The notes below the pieces were generated by a model. That model was not told the origin of the DNA. It ran no database searches and saw only the letters and a list, made by a program, of their open reading frames with translations. The translations under genes and the position numbers were made by a program. This document shows, in pieces, positions 53,925-63,455 of a DNA stretch of 64,000 bases. Location: assembly GCA_049522435.1 (NCBI GenBank), contig JBEKNW010000001.1, forward strand, positions 25,001 to 89,000. Direction: 5' to 3'. This DNA is from Xanthobacteraceae bacterium. Lineage in GTDB: Bacteria; Pseudomonadota; Alphaproteobacteria; Rhizobiales; Xanthobacteraceae. Numbering within the stretch: position 1 is the stretch's first letter; the number at the start of each line of letters is the position of its first letter.

Positions 53925-55491
53925 GCTTTGTCTCTCGCTCGTCCGCCGGCCGCTCGGTGTTCGCGCCGCCCATCAGCAATCCGAGCTTCTCGCGCGTCGC
54001 TTCGGCCGCTTCGAGCGGCGCCGACAGCCTGCCGTGGAACATCACCGCAATGCGGTCGGCAATCTCGGCCAATTCGTCCAGATCCTGGCTGACGACCAAC
54101 ACCGCGGCGCCGCGGGCGGCAAGATCGATCAGCGCCTGGCGAATGGTTGCCGCAGCGCCCGCATCGACGCCCCAGGTCGGCTGGCTCACCACCAGGACAC
54201 CGGGCTCGCGCAGGATTTCCCGGCCAACGATGAATTTCTGCAAATTGCCGCCTGAGAGGCTCACCGCTTCCGGATCGCGTTTGGCCTTGCGCACGTCGAA
54301 GGCCTTGGTCGTGCGGTCGACGCTTGCGAGGGTCGCCGGCCTGTCGACGAAGCCGTGCTTGACCATGCCGCTCGCGGCGTGGCCGGTGAGCAACGCGTTC
54401 TCGGACAATTTCATCCGCGGTGCGGTACCGTGGCCGAGCCGTTCCTCCGGTACGAAGGCCGCGCCCATGCGGCGGCGCTCGGTCACGCCGAGCAAGCCAG
54501 CCGCGTGACCGTCGATCACGATAGCTCCTTCGCCGGGCGATAGGCGCTCTCCGGACAGCGCGGAAAACAATTCATCCTGACCATTGCCGGAGACTCCCGC
54601 GATGCCGACTATCTCTCCGCCCCGCACCTCAAGCGACACCTCCTCGAGGTGCGTACCATGCGGATCGTCCGGCTCCAGCGAAAGCTTATAGATGACGAGC
54701 CGCGGCAACGATACGCCGCGGCCTGACACCGCCTTCACCTCGCCGATCTCGGCGCCGACCATCATGCGCGCCAGCGACGCGGCGGTCTCCCGGCGCGGAT
54801 TGCACGTCGCTACCTTCTTGCCGCCGCGCAGGATCGTCGCCGTGTCGCAGAGCCGTTTGACCTCTGCGAGTTTGTGGCTGATGTAGAGGATGGTGCGCCC
54901 CTCGCCCTTGAGCCGCTCCAGCACGATGAAGAGTTGATCGGCCTCCTGCGGCGTGAGTACGGACGTCGGCTCGTCGAGGATCAGGAGCTTGGGATTTTGC
55001 ATGAGCGCGCGTACGATCTCGATGCGTTGCCGCTCGCCGACCGACAGCTGCCAGACCTCGCGCTTGGGATCGAGCGGCAGCCCGTAAACCCGTGCGGTTT
55101 CCTCCAGCCGCTCGGAGATGGCGGCAAATGAGTCGGTCGCCGGCAGACCGAGCGCGACGTTCTCCGCCACGTTGAGATTCTCGAACAGCGTGAAATGCTG
55201 GAACACCATGCCGATGCCGAGGTCGCGCGCCTCGGAAGGACCGGCCAGTACGGTCTTTTGACCCATCCAGCGCAGTTCGCCGCCGCTCGGCTGGATGACG
55301 CCATACATCACCTTCACCAGGGTGGACTTGCCGGCGCCATTCTCGCCGAGGAGCGCATGGATTTCGGCGGGGAACAGGTCAAGGTTGATGCGGTCGTTGG
55401 CGAGAAAATCCCCGTACCGCTTGCTGATGGAAACGGCGCTCAACAGCGGCTCTGACCGCAAGGAACCGGCTTGTGGTGACGCGTCAAGCAT
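53908..55491 (-). CDS. ABC transporter ATP-binding protein (duplicated ATPase)
   Basis: GENGAGKST, LSVGERQRIEIVRAL, LLILDEPTSVL, and a second cassette with LSGGNLQKFIVGREI. Confidence 0.9.
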   Translation of the reverse strand: MLDASPQAGSLRSEPLLSAVSISKRYGDFLANDRINLDLFPAEIHALLGENGAGKSTLVKVMYGVIQPSGGELRWMGQKTVLAGPSEARDLGIGMVFQHFTLFENLNVAENVALGLPATDSFAAISERLEETARVYGLPLDPKREVWQLSVGERQRIEIVRALMQNPKLLILDEPTSVLTPQEADQLFIVLERLKGEGRTILYISHKLAEVKRLCDTATILRGGKKVATCNPRRETAASLARMMVGAEIGEVKAVSGRGVSLPRLVIYKLSLEPDDPHGTHLEEVSLEVRGGEIVGIAGVSGNGQDELFSALSGERLSPGEGAIVIDGHAAGLLGVTERRRMGAAFVPEERLGHGTAPRMKLSENALLTGHAASGMVKHGFVDRPATLASVDRTTKAFDVRKAKRDPEAVSLSGGNLQKFIVGREILREPGVLVVSQPTWGVDAGAAATIRQALIDLAARGAAVLVVSQDLDELAEIADRIAVMFHGRLSAPLEAAEATREKLGLLMGGANTERPADERETKHAVGA

Positions 55492-55735
55492 GGAAATCGC
55501 CGCGCTAGCCTGGTTTTACAAGGCTTCTTGCAGGCTTCGCTGCAAGGATCGTTCCATTATTTGGCGCGATCGTCAGCCCGCTCCCGGCGGCCATCATCCG
55601 ATAAAATCGGTGGGAGCAAAAGGAGGCAGTTGGGGAACCCTGCCCAAAACGACGCCAGGGCGACACGCTTGCACAGGTCGCGCCGGTTCTGTCATTCTGG
55701 ATTTGCCGGGGTCAGACGAGGGGGAACCCGACATC

Positions 55736-56932
55736 GTGGAGCTTATACTTGCTGAATCGGCAAGCGCCATCCTGCGGTGGCTGCATGTCATCGCCGGCAT
55801 AGCGTGGATCGGCAGCTCGTTTTATTTCATCCACCTCGATCTCAGCCTCAAGCCGCGCCCCGGACTGCCCGCTGGCGTAAAGGGCGACGAGTGGCAGGTT
55901 CACGGCGGCGGCTTCTACCACATGATGAAATACCTGGTCGCGCCGGCGCAAATGCCGGACAGTCTGACCTGGTTCAAATGGGAAGCCTACACGACGTGGC
56001 TCTCGGGATTTGCGCTGCTGGTTCTGGTTTATTATCTCGGCGCGGATCTCTTCCTGATCGACAAGTCGGTGCTCGATCTCACTGCGGTGGAGGCGGCGGC
56101 CATTGCCTTTGTCAGCCTTGTCGTCGCATGGCTTGCGTACGAAGGCCTTTGCCGATCCCCGCTCGGCCGCCACGAAGTCGCGCTGGCGCTCGTCGGCTAC
56201 GTCTTTCTCGTCGCGCTGACTTATGCCTTCACGCACGTATTCAGCGGGCGCGGCGCCTTCACCCAGATCGGTGCGCTGATCGGCACGATCATGGTCGCCA
56301 ACGTCTTCGTCATTATCATTCCGTACCAGAAGAAGACGGTCGATGCGATGCTCGCCGGAACGGAGCCCGATCCGTTTTGGGGTCAGGTCGGCAAGCAGCG
56401 CTCTGTGCACAACAACTATCTGACGCTTCCCGTCGTATTCTTGATGCTGAGCAATCATTATCCGCTGTTTTTTGCGACTCGATACAATTGGCTGATCGTC
56501 GCGATCGTGCTTGGCGTCGGCCCGGTGATCCGCCACTTCTACAATTCGCGCCACGAAGGCAAAGGCAATCCGTGGTGGACTTGGGGCGTGGCGGCGGCGG
56601 GCATGGCGGCGATCGCCTGGCTGTCGGCCGCCGGACCGCGCACGGCGACGATCGGCGCGCTGCCGCCAACGCCGAAATTCTCGGAGGTTGCCGACATCGT
56701 GATGTCCCGCTGCAGCATGTGCCATGCAGCCGAACCGGTCTGGGATGGAATCGCGGCGGCGCCGAAAGGCGTGATGCTGGACACCGACGAGCAAATTCGG
56801 CTGCATGCCTCGCTGATCGAGATCGTCGCCGTGCGCTCGAACGCCATGCCGCCGGGCAACGTCACGGAAATGACCAACGACGAACGCCTTGTCCTGGCAT
56901 CGTGGCTCGCTTCCGGCGCGGCGGCGAAGTGA
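55736..56932 (+). CDS. puuD: Urate hydroxylase PuuD (membrane cytochrome c-type urate oxidase)
   Basis: VELILAESASAILRWLHVIAGIAWIGSSFYFIHLDLSLKP... is the characteristic PuuD N-terminus. The body is multi-TM, and the C-terminus carries the CxxCH haem motif (CSMCHAAEPVW). GTG 55736 is preceded by GAGGGGGAA. Confidence 0.8.
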   Translation: MELILAESASAILRWLHVIAGIAWIGSSFYFIHLDLSLKPRPGLPAGVKGDEWQVHGGGFYHMMKYLVAPAQMPDSLTWFKWEAYTTWLSGFALLVLVYYLGADLFLIDKSVLDLTAVEAAAIAFVSLVVAWLAYEGLCRSPLGRHEVALALVGYVFLVALTYAFTHVFSGRGAFTQIGALIGTIMVANVFVIIIPYQKKTVDAMLAGTEPDPFWGQVGKQRSVHNNYLTLPVVFLMLSNHYPLFFATRYNWLIVAIVLGVGPVIRHFYNSRHEGKGNPWWTWGVAAAGMAAIAWLSAAGPRTATIGALPPTPKFSEVADIVMSRCSMCHAAEPVWDGIAAAPKGVMLDTDEQIRLHASLIEIVAVRSNAMPPGNVTEMTNDERLVLASWLASGAAAK

Positions 56933-56951
56933 AGCCGTACGGGAGCGATAC

Positions 56952-58289
56952 GTGGATGAAGATCCGGCAGACGTAAGTTTGCGTGCCATTCGCGGCCGGC
57001 TTTTGACCTTTTTGCGCGCGCCGGGCGGCGCCGGCGACGCGCAAAGTTATCGCTACATCGACGACGGTATCATCCTGGTGAAGGATGGCCGGATCGAACA
57101 GGTGGGACCGGCGGACGAGCTGATGGCGCGGCTGCCGGCAGCGACGCCGGTCGAGCATCATGCCGATGCGCTGATCCTGCCGGGATTCATCGACCCGCAT
57201 ATCCATTATCCGCAGACCCAGGTCATCGCATCCTACGGCGCCCAGCTTCTGGAATGGCTGGAGAAATATACCTTCGTCGAGGAGCAGAAATTTGGCGATC
57301 CCGGACACGCGGCACGCAATGCCGAATTCTTCCTCGACGAGCTCGCCCGAAACGGCACGACTACGGCCCTCGTTTATTGTTCGGCGCATCCGGTCTCGGC
57401 CGATGCGCTGTTCAGGGCCGCGCATCGACGTGGCGCGGGCATGATCGCCGGCAACGCAATCATGAACCGCAACGGCCCGCCGGGGTTGCTGGCACTCGCG
57501 CACACCGCCATCGCGGACAGCCGCGACCTCATCCGCCGTTGGCATGGCACCGGGCGGCAGCGTTATGCCGTGACGCCGCGCTTTGCCATCACGTCGACCG
57601 AGGAGCAGCTCGCGGCGGCGGGCGCACTGCTAAAGGAATTTCCGACCGTCCTGATGCAGACTCATCTCGCCGAAAATCACAACGAGATAGCCACGGTAAA
57701 GCGCATCTTTCCCGACGATCCGAGCTACACCGCCGTGTATGCCCGCTGCGGCCTCCTTGGCCCTCGTTCGCTGATGGGGCATTGCATCCATCTCGACGAC
57801 ACCGAAGTCGCGCTAATGCGCGACACGCAAACGGTCGCGGTGTTCTGTCCTACGTCGAACCTCTTCATCGGCAGCGGGCTCTTCGATTACGACCGCCTCG
57901 CAGCGGCGGGCGTGCGTATCGCGCTCGCCACCGACGTCGGCGGCGGCACGTCTTATTCCATGCTGCGCACCGCCGCCGAGGCCTACAAGGTGATGCAGCT
58001 GCAGGGCCAGAACCTGCCGGCGCTCGCCGCCTTCGATCTGATGACGCGCGGCAACGCCGCCGCGCTCGGCCTCGACAACGAGATCGGCACGCTCGTGCCC
58101 GGCGCCTTCGCCGATCTCGTAGTGCTCGACGCGCGCGCCACCCACGCCATGGAGCATCGCATGGAAGTGGCGCGCGATCTCGAAGAGGAACTCTTCGTCC
58201 TGATGACCTTGGGCGACGACCGCGCCGTGCGCCAGACCTATATCGCCGGCCGACCCGCGCTCGATCCTGCGAAGCCACCCGTTCCTTGA
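56952..58289 (+). CDS. guaD: Guanine deaminase
   Basis: LILPGFIDPHIHYPQTQVIASYGAQLLEWLEKYTFVEEQKF...QTHLAEN...GHCIHL...ATDVGGG. The start is uncertain: GTG 56952 has a GGGAG upstream, and the track ATG 56889 overlaps puuD. Confidence 0.8.
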   Translation: MDEDPADVSLRAIRGRLLTFLRAPGGAGDAQSYRYIDDGIILVKDGRIEQVGPADELMARLPAATPVEHHADALILPGFIDPHIHYPQTQVIASYGAQLLEWLEKYTFVEEQKFGDPGHAARNAEFFLDELARNGTTTALVYCSAHPVSADALFRAAHRRGAGMIAGNAIMNRNGPPGLLALAHTAIADSRDLIRRWHGTGRQRYAVTPRFAITSTEEQLAAAGALLKEFPTVLMQTHLAENHNEIATVKRIFPDDPSYTAVYARCGLLGPRSLMGHCIHLDDTEVALMRDTQTVAVFCPTSNLFIGSGLFDYDRLAAAGVRIALATDVGGGTSYSMLRTAAEAYKVMQLQGQNLPALAAFDLMTRGNAAALGLDNEIGTLVPGAFADLVVLDARATHAMEHRMEVARDLEEELFVLMTLGDDRAVRQTYIAGRPALDPAKPPVP

Positions 58290-58336
58290 GATCGCCTACG
58301 ACCTCGGTCGCACTGGCCGAGCGGCGGTCGGCACGC

Positions 58337-59329
58337 TCACACCGGCTGAGTTGCCGGGCTCGTCTGCGGCACTGAGACCCGCTCGCTCTCGATGAGGAGT
58401 TGCGCGGCGATCGCCGCGGCAATCACGGAGGGCTCTTTGCCCTTGATCTGCGCAATACCGATCGGACAAGCTAGACGGTCGATCTGAGTGTCCGCGAGGC
58501 CCATCTGCCGGGCCCAGTTGACGAACCGCGCCCGTTTGGTCTCCGATCCGATCAGGCCGACAAAATCAAACGTTCCCCGCTGTAACGCCCCGACCGTGAT
58601 GTCGAAGTCGAGCGCGTGCGAATGGGTCATGACAATGACCATGGCGTCACGCGGCGCTTCGGCGAATTCGCGATGAGCAGCGTCGGTGCAGGCGGTGACG
58701 ACGTTCTGGGGGACGTACTGCGGAAACTGACCCGGCCGGCTGTCAATCCAGCGGACGGTAAAGGGAAGCGGCGCGAGCGCGAGCACTACGGCGCGGCCGA
58801 CGTGACCCGCGCCGAACAGCAGCACAGGCTTGGTCACTTCGCCGAACCTTTCATTGAAAGACGTCTTCTCGAACGCCGTCACCGCCGTTCCCGTTCGTTT
58901 GCCGGCCGTGGCGTGCGGCGCGAGCATGCGCGCGATCCGTCCGTCCTCACCAAGTGAGCTCAGGGCCACGAAGGCTCCCGATTTCTCCGCCTCCTCGAAG
59001 CGCCGCACCGTCGCAAGATCGTTGGCGTCGAAGGTTTCGGTGAGCGTTTTCACCCTGCCGCCACAGCACTGGCCGAGATTGGGCCCCAACGGCCAATCGC
59101 GGAACTGCGCCTTGCCGCGGCCGGCCGCAAGTGCCGCGCGCGCCGCCGCAATCGCCTCGTATTCCAACTGGCCGCCGCCAATGCTGCCGAAAAAACCGCC
59201 GTCCGGTTGCAAGACGATGCGGGCGCCGGCCTCGCGCGGAACCGATCCGGCGGCGTCGATCACGCTCACCAGGCCGGCGCTGCCGTGCCGCTCGATCGCT
59301 TCCCGGATGCGGGCCCACACCTTCGTCAT
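58337..59329 (-). CDS. xdhC: Xanthine dehydrogenase accessory (MoCo insertion) protein XdhC
   Basis: GSAGLVSVIDAAGSVPREAGARIVL...FGSIGGGQLE and the Rossmann-like VLLFGAGHVGRAVV. Confidence 0.85.
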   Translation of the reverse strand: MTKVWARIREAIERHGSAGLVSVIDAAGSVPREAGARIVLQPDGGFFGSIGGGQLEYEAIAAARAALAAGRGKAQFRDWPLGPNLGQCCGGRVKTLTETFDANDLATVRRFEEAEKSGAFVALSSLGEDGRIARMLAPHATAGKRTGTAVTAFEKTSFNERFGEVTKPVLLFGAGHVGRAVVLALAPLPFTVRWIDSRPGQFPQYVPQNVVTACTDAAHREFAEAPRDAMVIVMTHSHALDFDITVGALQRGTFDFVGLIGSETKRARFVNWARQMGLADTQIDRLACPIGIAQIKGKEPSVIAAAIAAQLLIESERVSVPQTSPATQPV

Positions 59330-59360
59330 CTTACGCCCATTTCAAGCGTTGACCTCTTCA

Positions 59361-59406
59361 GAGCATGATCCGGGGTGGAATCCGGTCTTCCGAAAAGATC
59401 ATGCTC
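59361..59406. repeat. Palindromic intergenic element GAGCATGATC-N26-GATCATGCTC (REP-like)
   Basis: Perfect 10-bp arms read directly. The inner sequence ...GGAATCCGGTCTTCCGAAAAGATCATGCTC resembles a dispersed intergenic repeat I recall from Bradyrhizobiaceae-type genomes. Only one copy occurs in this window. Confidence 0.45.
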
Positions 59407-59438
59407 CACTAGATACTTCGAGCGCCAATCGATGCAAG

Positions 59439-61787
59439 CTAAGCCAATTGGCGCGCGAGCGGCGCGAGCGCGGCCACTGCATCGACCGGGCCGATCGCCT
59501 TGAGAATCGTTTCCGGGGTTGCGGGGGCGTCAAGCTCGACCGGCTTGCCCGGATGAAGCCAATGTATCGCATCCGCGATCGCCGCGAAGACCGAAATCGC
59601 CAGCATCAATGGCGGTTCGCCCACTGCCTTTGAGCGATAGATCGTTTCCTCGCGATTGCTGTGATCGAATAATTCCACCCGGAAGTCGGCCGGCACGTCG
59701 GAGGCGACGGGTATCTTGTAGGTCGACGGCGCGTGGGTGAGCAAGCGACCCTGCTCATCATAGATGAGCTCCTCGGTGGTCAACCAGCCCATGCCTTGGA
59801 CAAAACCGCCTTCGATCTGGCCGATATCGATGGCGGGATTAATGGAGCGCCCGACGTCATGGAGGATATCGACACGCCCGACCTTCATCTCGCCGGTGAG
59901 GATGTCGATCACGACTTCGCTGCATGCCGCACCATAGGCATAATAAAAGAACGGGCGACCTTTGGCTTTGGCGCGATCCCAATGCAGCTTCGGCGTCTTG
60001 TAGAACCCCGCCGCCGACAAATGCACCCGCCCGGCATGAGCTCTCTTGGTTAATTCGCCAAACGGAATGCTCTCGTTGCCGATGAATACCCGATCGTCGC
60101 GGAACGAGATGCGATCCTCGGAGACGTTCCAGGTCTCGCTGGCAAAGCGCGTCAGCCGCGCCCTGATTTCGCGCACCGCCTGCTGCACCGCCATTCCGTT
60201 CAGGTCGGTGCCGGCCGATGCGGCGGTGGCGGAGGTGTTCGGCACCTTGTCGGTCGAGGTGGCGGTGATGTGCACACGCTCGAGCCCGATGCCCAATTCT
60301 TCCGCGGCCACCTGCGCCACTTTCTGAAACAGGCCCTGGCCCATTTCCGTGCCGCCGTGATTGAGGTGAACGGAGCCGTCCTGATAGACGTGGACCAGCG
60401 CGCCGGCCTGATTGAGGTGGGTGAGTGTGAACGAAATTCCGAATTTTACCGGCGTCAACGCGATCCCTCTCTTCAGAATCGGAGAACGCGCGTTGAATTC
60501 CCTGATTTCGTTTCGCCGCAAGCGGTAATTCGATGAACGTTCGAGCTGCTCGATCAGCCGCGGCGCTACATCGTGATCTTCGACGGTTTGGCCGTAGGGG
60601 GTGAGGTCGCGCCCGGCGCTGTAGAGATTGGCCTTGCGCACGTCGAGCGGATCGAGGCCGAGATTCCAGGCGATGGCGTCGATCACGCGCTCGATCGCCA
60701 GCATTCCCTGCGGGCCGCCGAAGCCGCGGAACGCGGTGTTCGACACAGTGTTGGTCTTGACGCGCCGCGAATTGATCCTGAATTCGGCAAGGAAATAGCT
60801 ATTGTCGGCATGGAACATGGCGCGATCGACCACGCCGAGGCTGAGATCGGCGGAGCATCCGCACCGTGCGTCAAGATCGAGGTCGACGGCGCGGATGCGC
60901 CCATCGGCTTCATAGCCGACCGCGTACTCGACCGCGAAATCGTGGCGTTTGCCGGTCATCACCATGTCGGCGTCGCGGTCGAGCCGGAGCTTGCATGGCC
61001 GGCCGGTCGCGCGCGCCGCCAAGGCCGCGATCACGGCCCATTGCGTCGCTTGCGTTTCCTTGCCGCCGAAGCCGCCGCCCATACGGCGCACGCGGCAGGT
61101 CACGAACGAGTCCGGCAGCGCGAGAACGCGAGCGACGATGTGCTGCACTTCGCTCGGATGCTGGGTGGACGAATAGACCAGGATCGCGCCGTCCTCGCCG
61201 GGCACGGCGAGTGCGACTTGGCCTTCCAGATAAAAGTGCTCCTGGCCGCCGATGTGGAACGCTCCGGCGCTGCGTAACGGCGCCGCGGCAAGCGCCTTGG
61301 CGACGTCGCCGTTGATAAAGGCGTAGTCCGGAAGCACGCTCTCGCCGGCCACTCTGCCCTCTTCGACGGACACGTTCGGCTTCTCCGCATCGACCTCGAT
61401 CTTCCCGCGCAGCACCGCTCGCCGCGCCGCATCGCGCGACGTCGCAATCACCGCGAATACCGGCTGACTATGGAAATCGACACGGTCTTGCGCAAACACC
61501 GGTTCATCGGCAGTCGCCGGTGAAATATCGTTGTTTCCCGGGATATCCGCCGCCGTGATGACGGCGACGACACCCGGAACGTTGTGCACTTCGCTCAGAT
61601 CGACCCGGCGAATGGTTCCGCGCGCCACCGGCGAGCCGCCGACGGCGACATGCAGTGTCCCCGCCGGCTCCGGAATATCGTCGACGTACTCGGCGGCGCC
61701 TTGCACGTGCTTGGCGCCGCTGTCGTGCGGCAACGCCTTGTAGACATGGCGCAGCGGCGCCTGCAAAGCGGCGTCATTCGGCAGCAT
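59439..61787 (-). CDS. xdhB: Xanthine dehydrogenase molybdopterin-binding subunit XdhB
   Basis: HDSGAKHVQGAAEYVDDIPEP..., GGGFGGKETQ, FRGFGGPQGMLAIERVID, KRGIALTPVKFGISFT, SKAVGEPPLML. The start at MLPNDAAL overlaps the end of xdhA. Confidence 0.9.
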   Translation of the reverse strand: MLPNDAALQAPLRHVYKALPHDSGAKHVQGAAEYVDDIPEPAGTLHVAVGGSPVARGTIRRVDLSEVHNVPGVVAVITAADIPGNNDISPATADEPVFAQDRVDFHSQPVFAVIATSRDAARRAVLRGKIEVDAEKPNVSVEEGRVAGESVLPDYAFINGDVAKALAAAPLRSAGAFHIGGQEHFYLEGQVALAVPGEDGAILVYSSTQHPSEVQHIVARVLALPDSFVTCRVRRMGGGFGGKETQATQWAVIAALAARATGRPCKLRLDRDADMVMTGKRHDFAVEYAVGYEADGRIRAVDLDLDARCGCSADLSLGVVDRAMFHADNSYFLAEFRINSRRVKTNTVSNTAFRGFGGPQGMLAIERVIDAIAWNLGLDPLDVRKANLYSAGRDLTPYGQTVEDHDVAPRLIEQLERSSNYRLRRNEIREFNARSPILKRGIALTPVKFGISFTLTHLNQAGALVHVYQDGSVHLNHGGTEMGQGLFQKVAQVAAEELGIGLERVHITATSTDKVPNTSATAASAGTDLNGMAVQQAVREIRARLTRFASETWNVSEDRISFRDDRVFIGNESIPFGELTKRAHAGRVHLSAAGFYKTPKLHWDRAKAKGRPFFYYAYGAACSEVVIDILTGEMKVGRVDILHDVGRSINPAIDIGQIEGGFVQGMGWLTTEELIYDEQGRLLTHAPSTYKIPVASDVPADFRVELFDHSNREETIYRSKAVGEPPLMLAISVFAAIADAIHWLHPGKPVELDAPATPETILKAIGPVDAVAALAPLARQLA

Positions 61788-63255
61788 CGGCAACCATCCG
61801 GCGATTGGCGATACGCGTGACTTCCGGGCTGACGCCGGCAATTTCGGCGAGCGCCTTGATGACCAGATTGCCGGCGACGCGGCCGCGGTAAGTCGCGCTG
61901 GCGCGCAGATCGGTCAGCGGCTTGAAGTCCTTGTTGACGGCATCGGCGGCCGATCGCCAGCGACGCGGATCGGCGAGCGACAGCCCGCGCAGATTCTGTT
62001 CGACGGTCTTCGCCCGTTTGGGGACACCCGCCATTCCGCCGAACGCGACCCTTGCGTCGCTGATCCGGCCGCCGTCAACTTTCAGGTAAAATGCTGCCAG
62101 CACTGCGGAAATGTCCTCGTCAATGCGCTTGGTGATCTTGTAGCCGCGAAAATGCGTTGCTGGCGGCAGTTTTGGCACAAGCACGCGACGCACGAATTCC
62201 CCCGGTTTGCGGTCCTGCTTGCCGTATTCGAGAAAAAAGTCTTCCAAGGGAAGTTGGCGGATGCGGTCGCCGTGGCGCAACTCGAGCGTGGCCCCCAACG
62301 CGATCAGCATCGGCGCAAGATCGCCGATCGGCGAGCCGTTGGCGATGTTGCCGCCGACAGTGCCGCAGGCGCGCACCTGTATGGAACCAAAGCGCCGGAG
62401 CACCTCGGCAATATCGGGATCAATCGACCCCAGCACCGGCGCGGCGCGCGCCAGTGACACGGTCGCGCCGATCGCGTAGCCGTCGGCGGTCACGTCGATG
62501 TCGCAAAGCTCGGCGACGCGGCCGACATGGATGACCTTTTCGATCGCCGCCAGTTTTTTGGTGATCCACAGCCCAACGTCGGTGGCGCCAGCGACGATCG
62601 TGGCGTCGGCATGTTGCGCATAGAGCCGGGCGAGCGATTGCTCGCTCGCGGGTGCCGCAAAAAAGGAGGCATCATCGCCGACGACGATATCGGCCTTGTC
62701 GTCGAGCGCGCGCAGCGCCTGCAGCCGCGGCGCGGCGTTCCGGGTGAACCGGTCGTCGGCACCGCCATTACAGGCCTCCAGGCCGGCTTCCACAATCGGC
62801 CGGTATCCCGTGCAGCGGCACAAATTTCCGGCCAACGCGTCGTTGATCTTGTCGCGGCTCGAGACGCCGTTGCATTCGTGGTAATGGGCGAACAGGCTCA
62901 TCACGATGCCGGGCGTGCAAAATCCGCATTGCGAGCCGTGCTGACGGGCCATCGCCACCTGGACGGGATGCAACGCGCCGTCATCGGCAAGATCTTCGAC
63001 CGTGATCAACTCGGCTCCATCCAACTGGCCGAGCAGCGTGATGCATGAATTGACCGGCTCGTAGGCCAACTGGCCGCCGCGCTCGCGTACGAGTACAACG
63101 GCGCAGGCGCCGCAATCGCCTTCCGCGCAGCCTTCTTTGGTGCCGGTCGACCGTTCTTGCAGACGCAGCCAATCGAGCACGGTGGTGCGCGAAGGAAATC
63201 GGTCGAGGCGCACGGTGCGACCCCGTCTGAGAAATTGCAGAGAATCTCTTGTCAT
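61774..63255 (-). CDS. xdhA: Xanthine dehydrogenase small subunit XdhA ([2Fe-2S] plus FAD domains)
   Basis: GCAEGDCGACAVV, CGFCTPGIVMS...CRCTGYRPI, then the FAD domain (VAGATDVGLW...VGGNIANGSPIGD). Start at MTRDSLQF (63255). Confidence 0.9.
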   Translation of the reverse strand: MTRDSLQFLRRGRTVRLDRFPSRTTVLDWLRLQERSTGTKEGCAEGDCGACAVVLVRERGGQLAYEPVNSCITLLGQLDGAELITVEDLADDGALHPVQVAMARQHGSQCGFCTPGIVMSLFAHYHECNGVSSRDKINDALAGNLCRCTGYRPIVEAGLEACNGGADDRFTRNAAPRLQALRALDDKADIVVGDDASFFAAPASEQSLARLYAQHADATIVAGATDVGLWITKKLAAIEKVIHVGRVAELCDIDVTADGYAIGATVSLARAAPVLGSIDPDIAEVLRRFGSIQVRACGTVGGNIANGSPIGDLAPMLIALGATLELRHGDRIRQLPLEDFFLEYGKQDRKPGEFVRRVLVPKLPPATHFRGYKITKRIDEDISAVLAAFYLKVDGGRISDARVAFGGMAGVPKRAKTVEQNLRGLSLADPRRWRSAADAVNKDFKPLTDLRASATYRGRVAGNLVIKALAEIAGVSPEVTRIANRRMVADAAE

Positions 63256-63361
63256 GGCGCGCGCTGTGAACTCAACAATAATAGTCCGCCTAGCGGAAAG
63301 CACAACGAACGAACGAAGGCAAATAATGGCAAAGCCCTCGTTCTACATGCGTGGTCATCGG

Positions 63362-63455
63362 ATTGATCGATCGAAATCGTTGCCGTCCGCTCGAACGCCA
63401 TGCCGCCGGGCAACGTCACGGAAATCAATAACGACGAACGCGCTGTCCTTGCAAT
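63362..63455 (+). pseudogene. ~90-bp remnant duplicating the 3' end of puuD
   Basis: CGCTCGAACGCCATGCCGCCGGGCAACGTCACGGAAAT is identical to puuD 56832-56869 (38 nt). The flanks are similar (IEIVAVRSNAMPPGNVTEINNDERAVLA vs IEIVAVRSNAMPPGNVTEMTNDERLVLA). No upstream puuD body is present. Confidence 0.75.

Noticed and set aside
55712-56989. 425-aa minus-strand ORF over puuD, together with the plus-strand alternative frame 55777..56976
   Set aside because: The puuD frame has the characteristic TM pattern and CxxCH motif. These frames are Arg-rich GC artefacts.
57254-58375. 373-aa alternative-frame ORF inside guaD
   Set aside because: It is extremely Arg-rich (RRRR runs). The guaD frame carries all the metal-ligand motifs.
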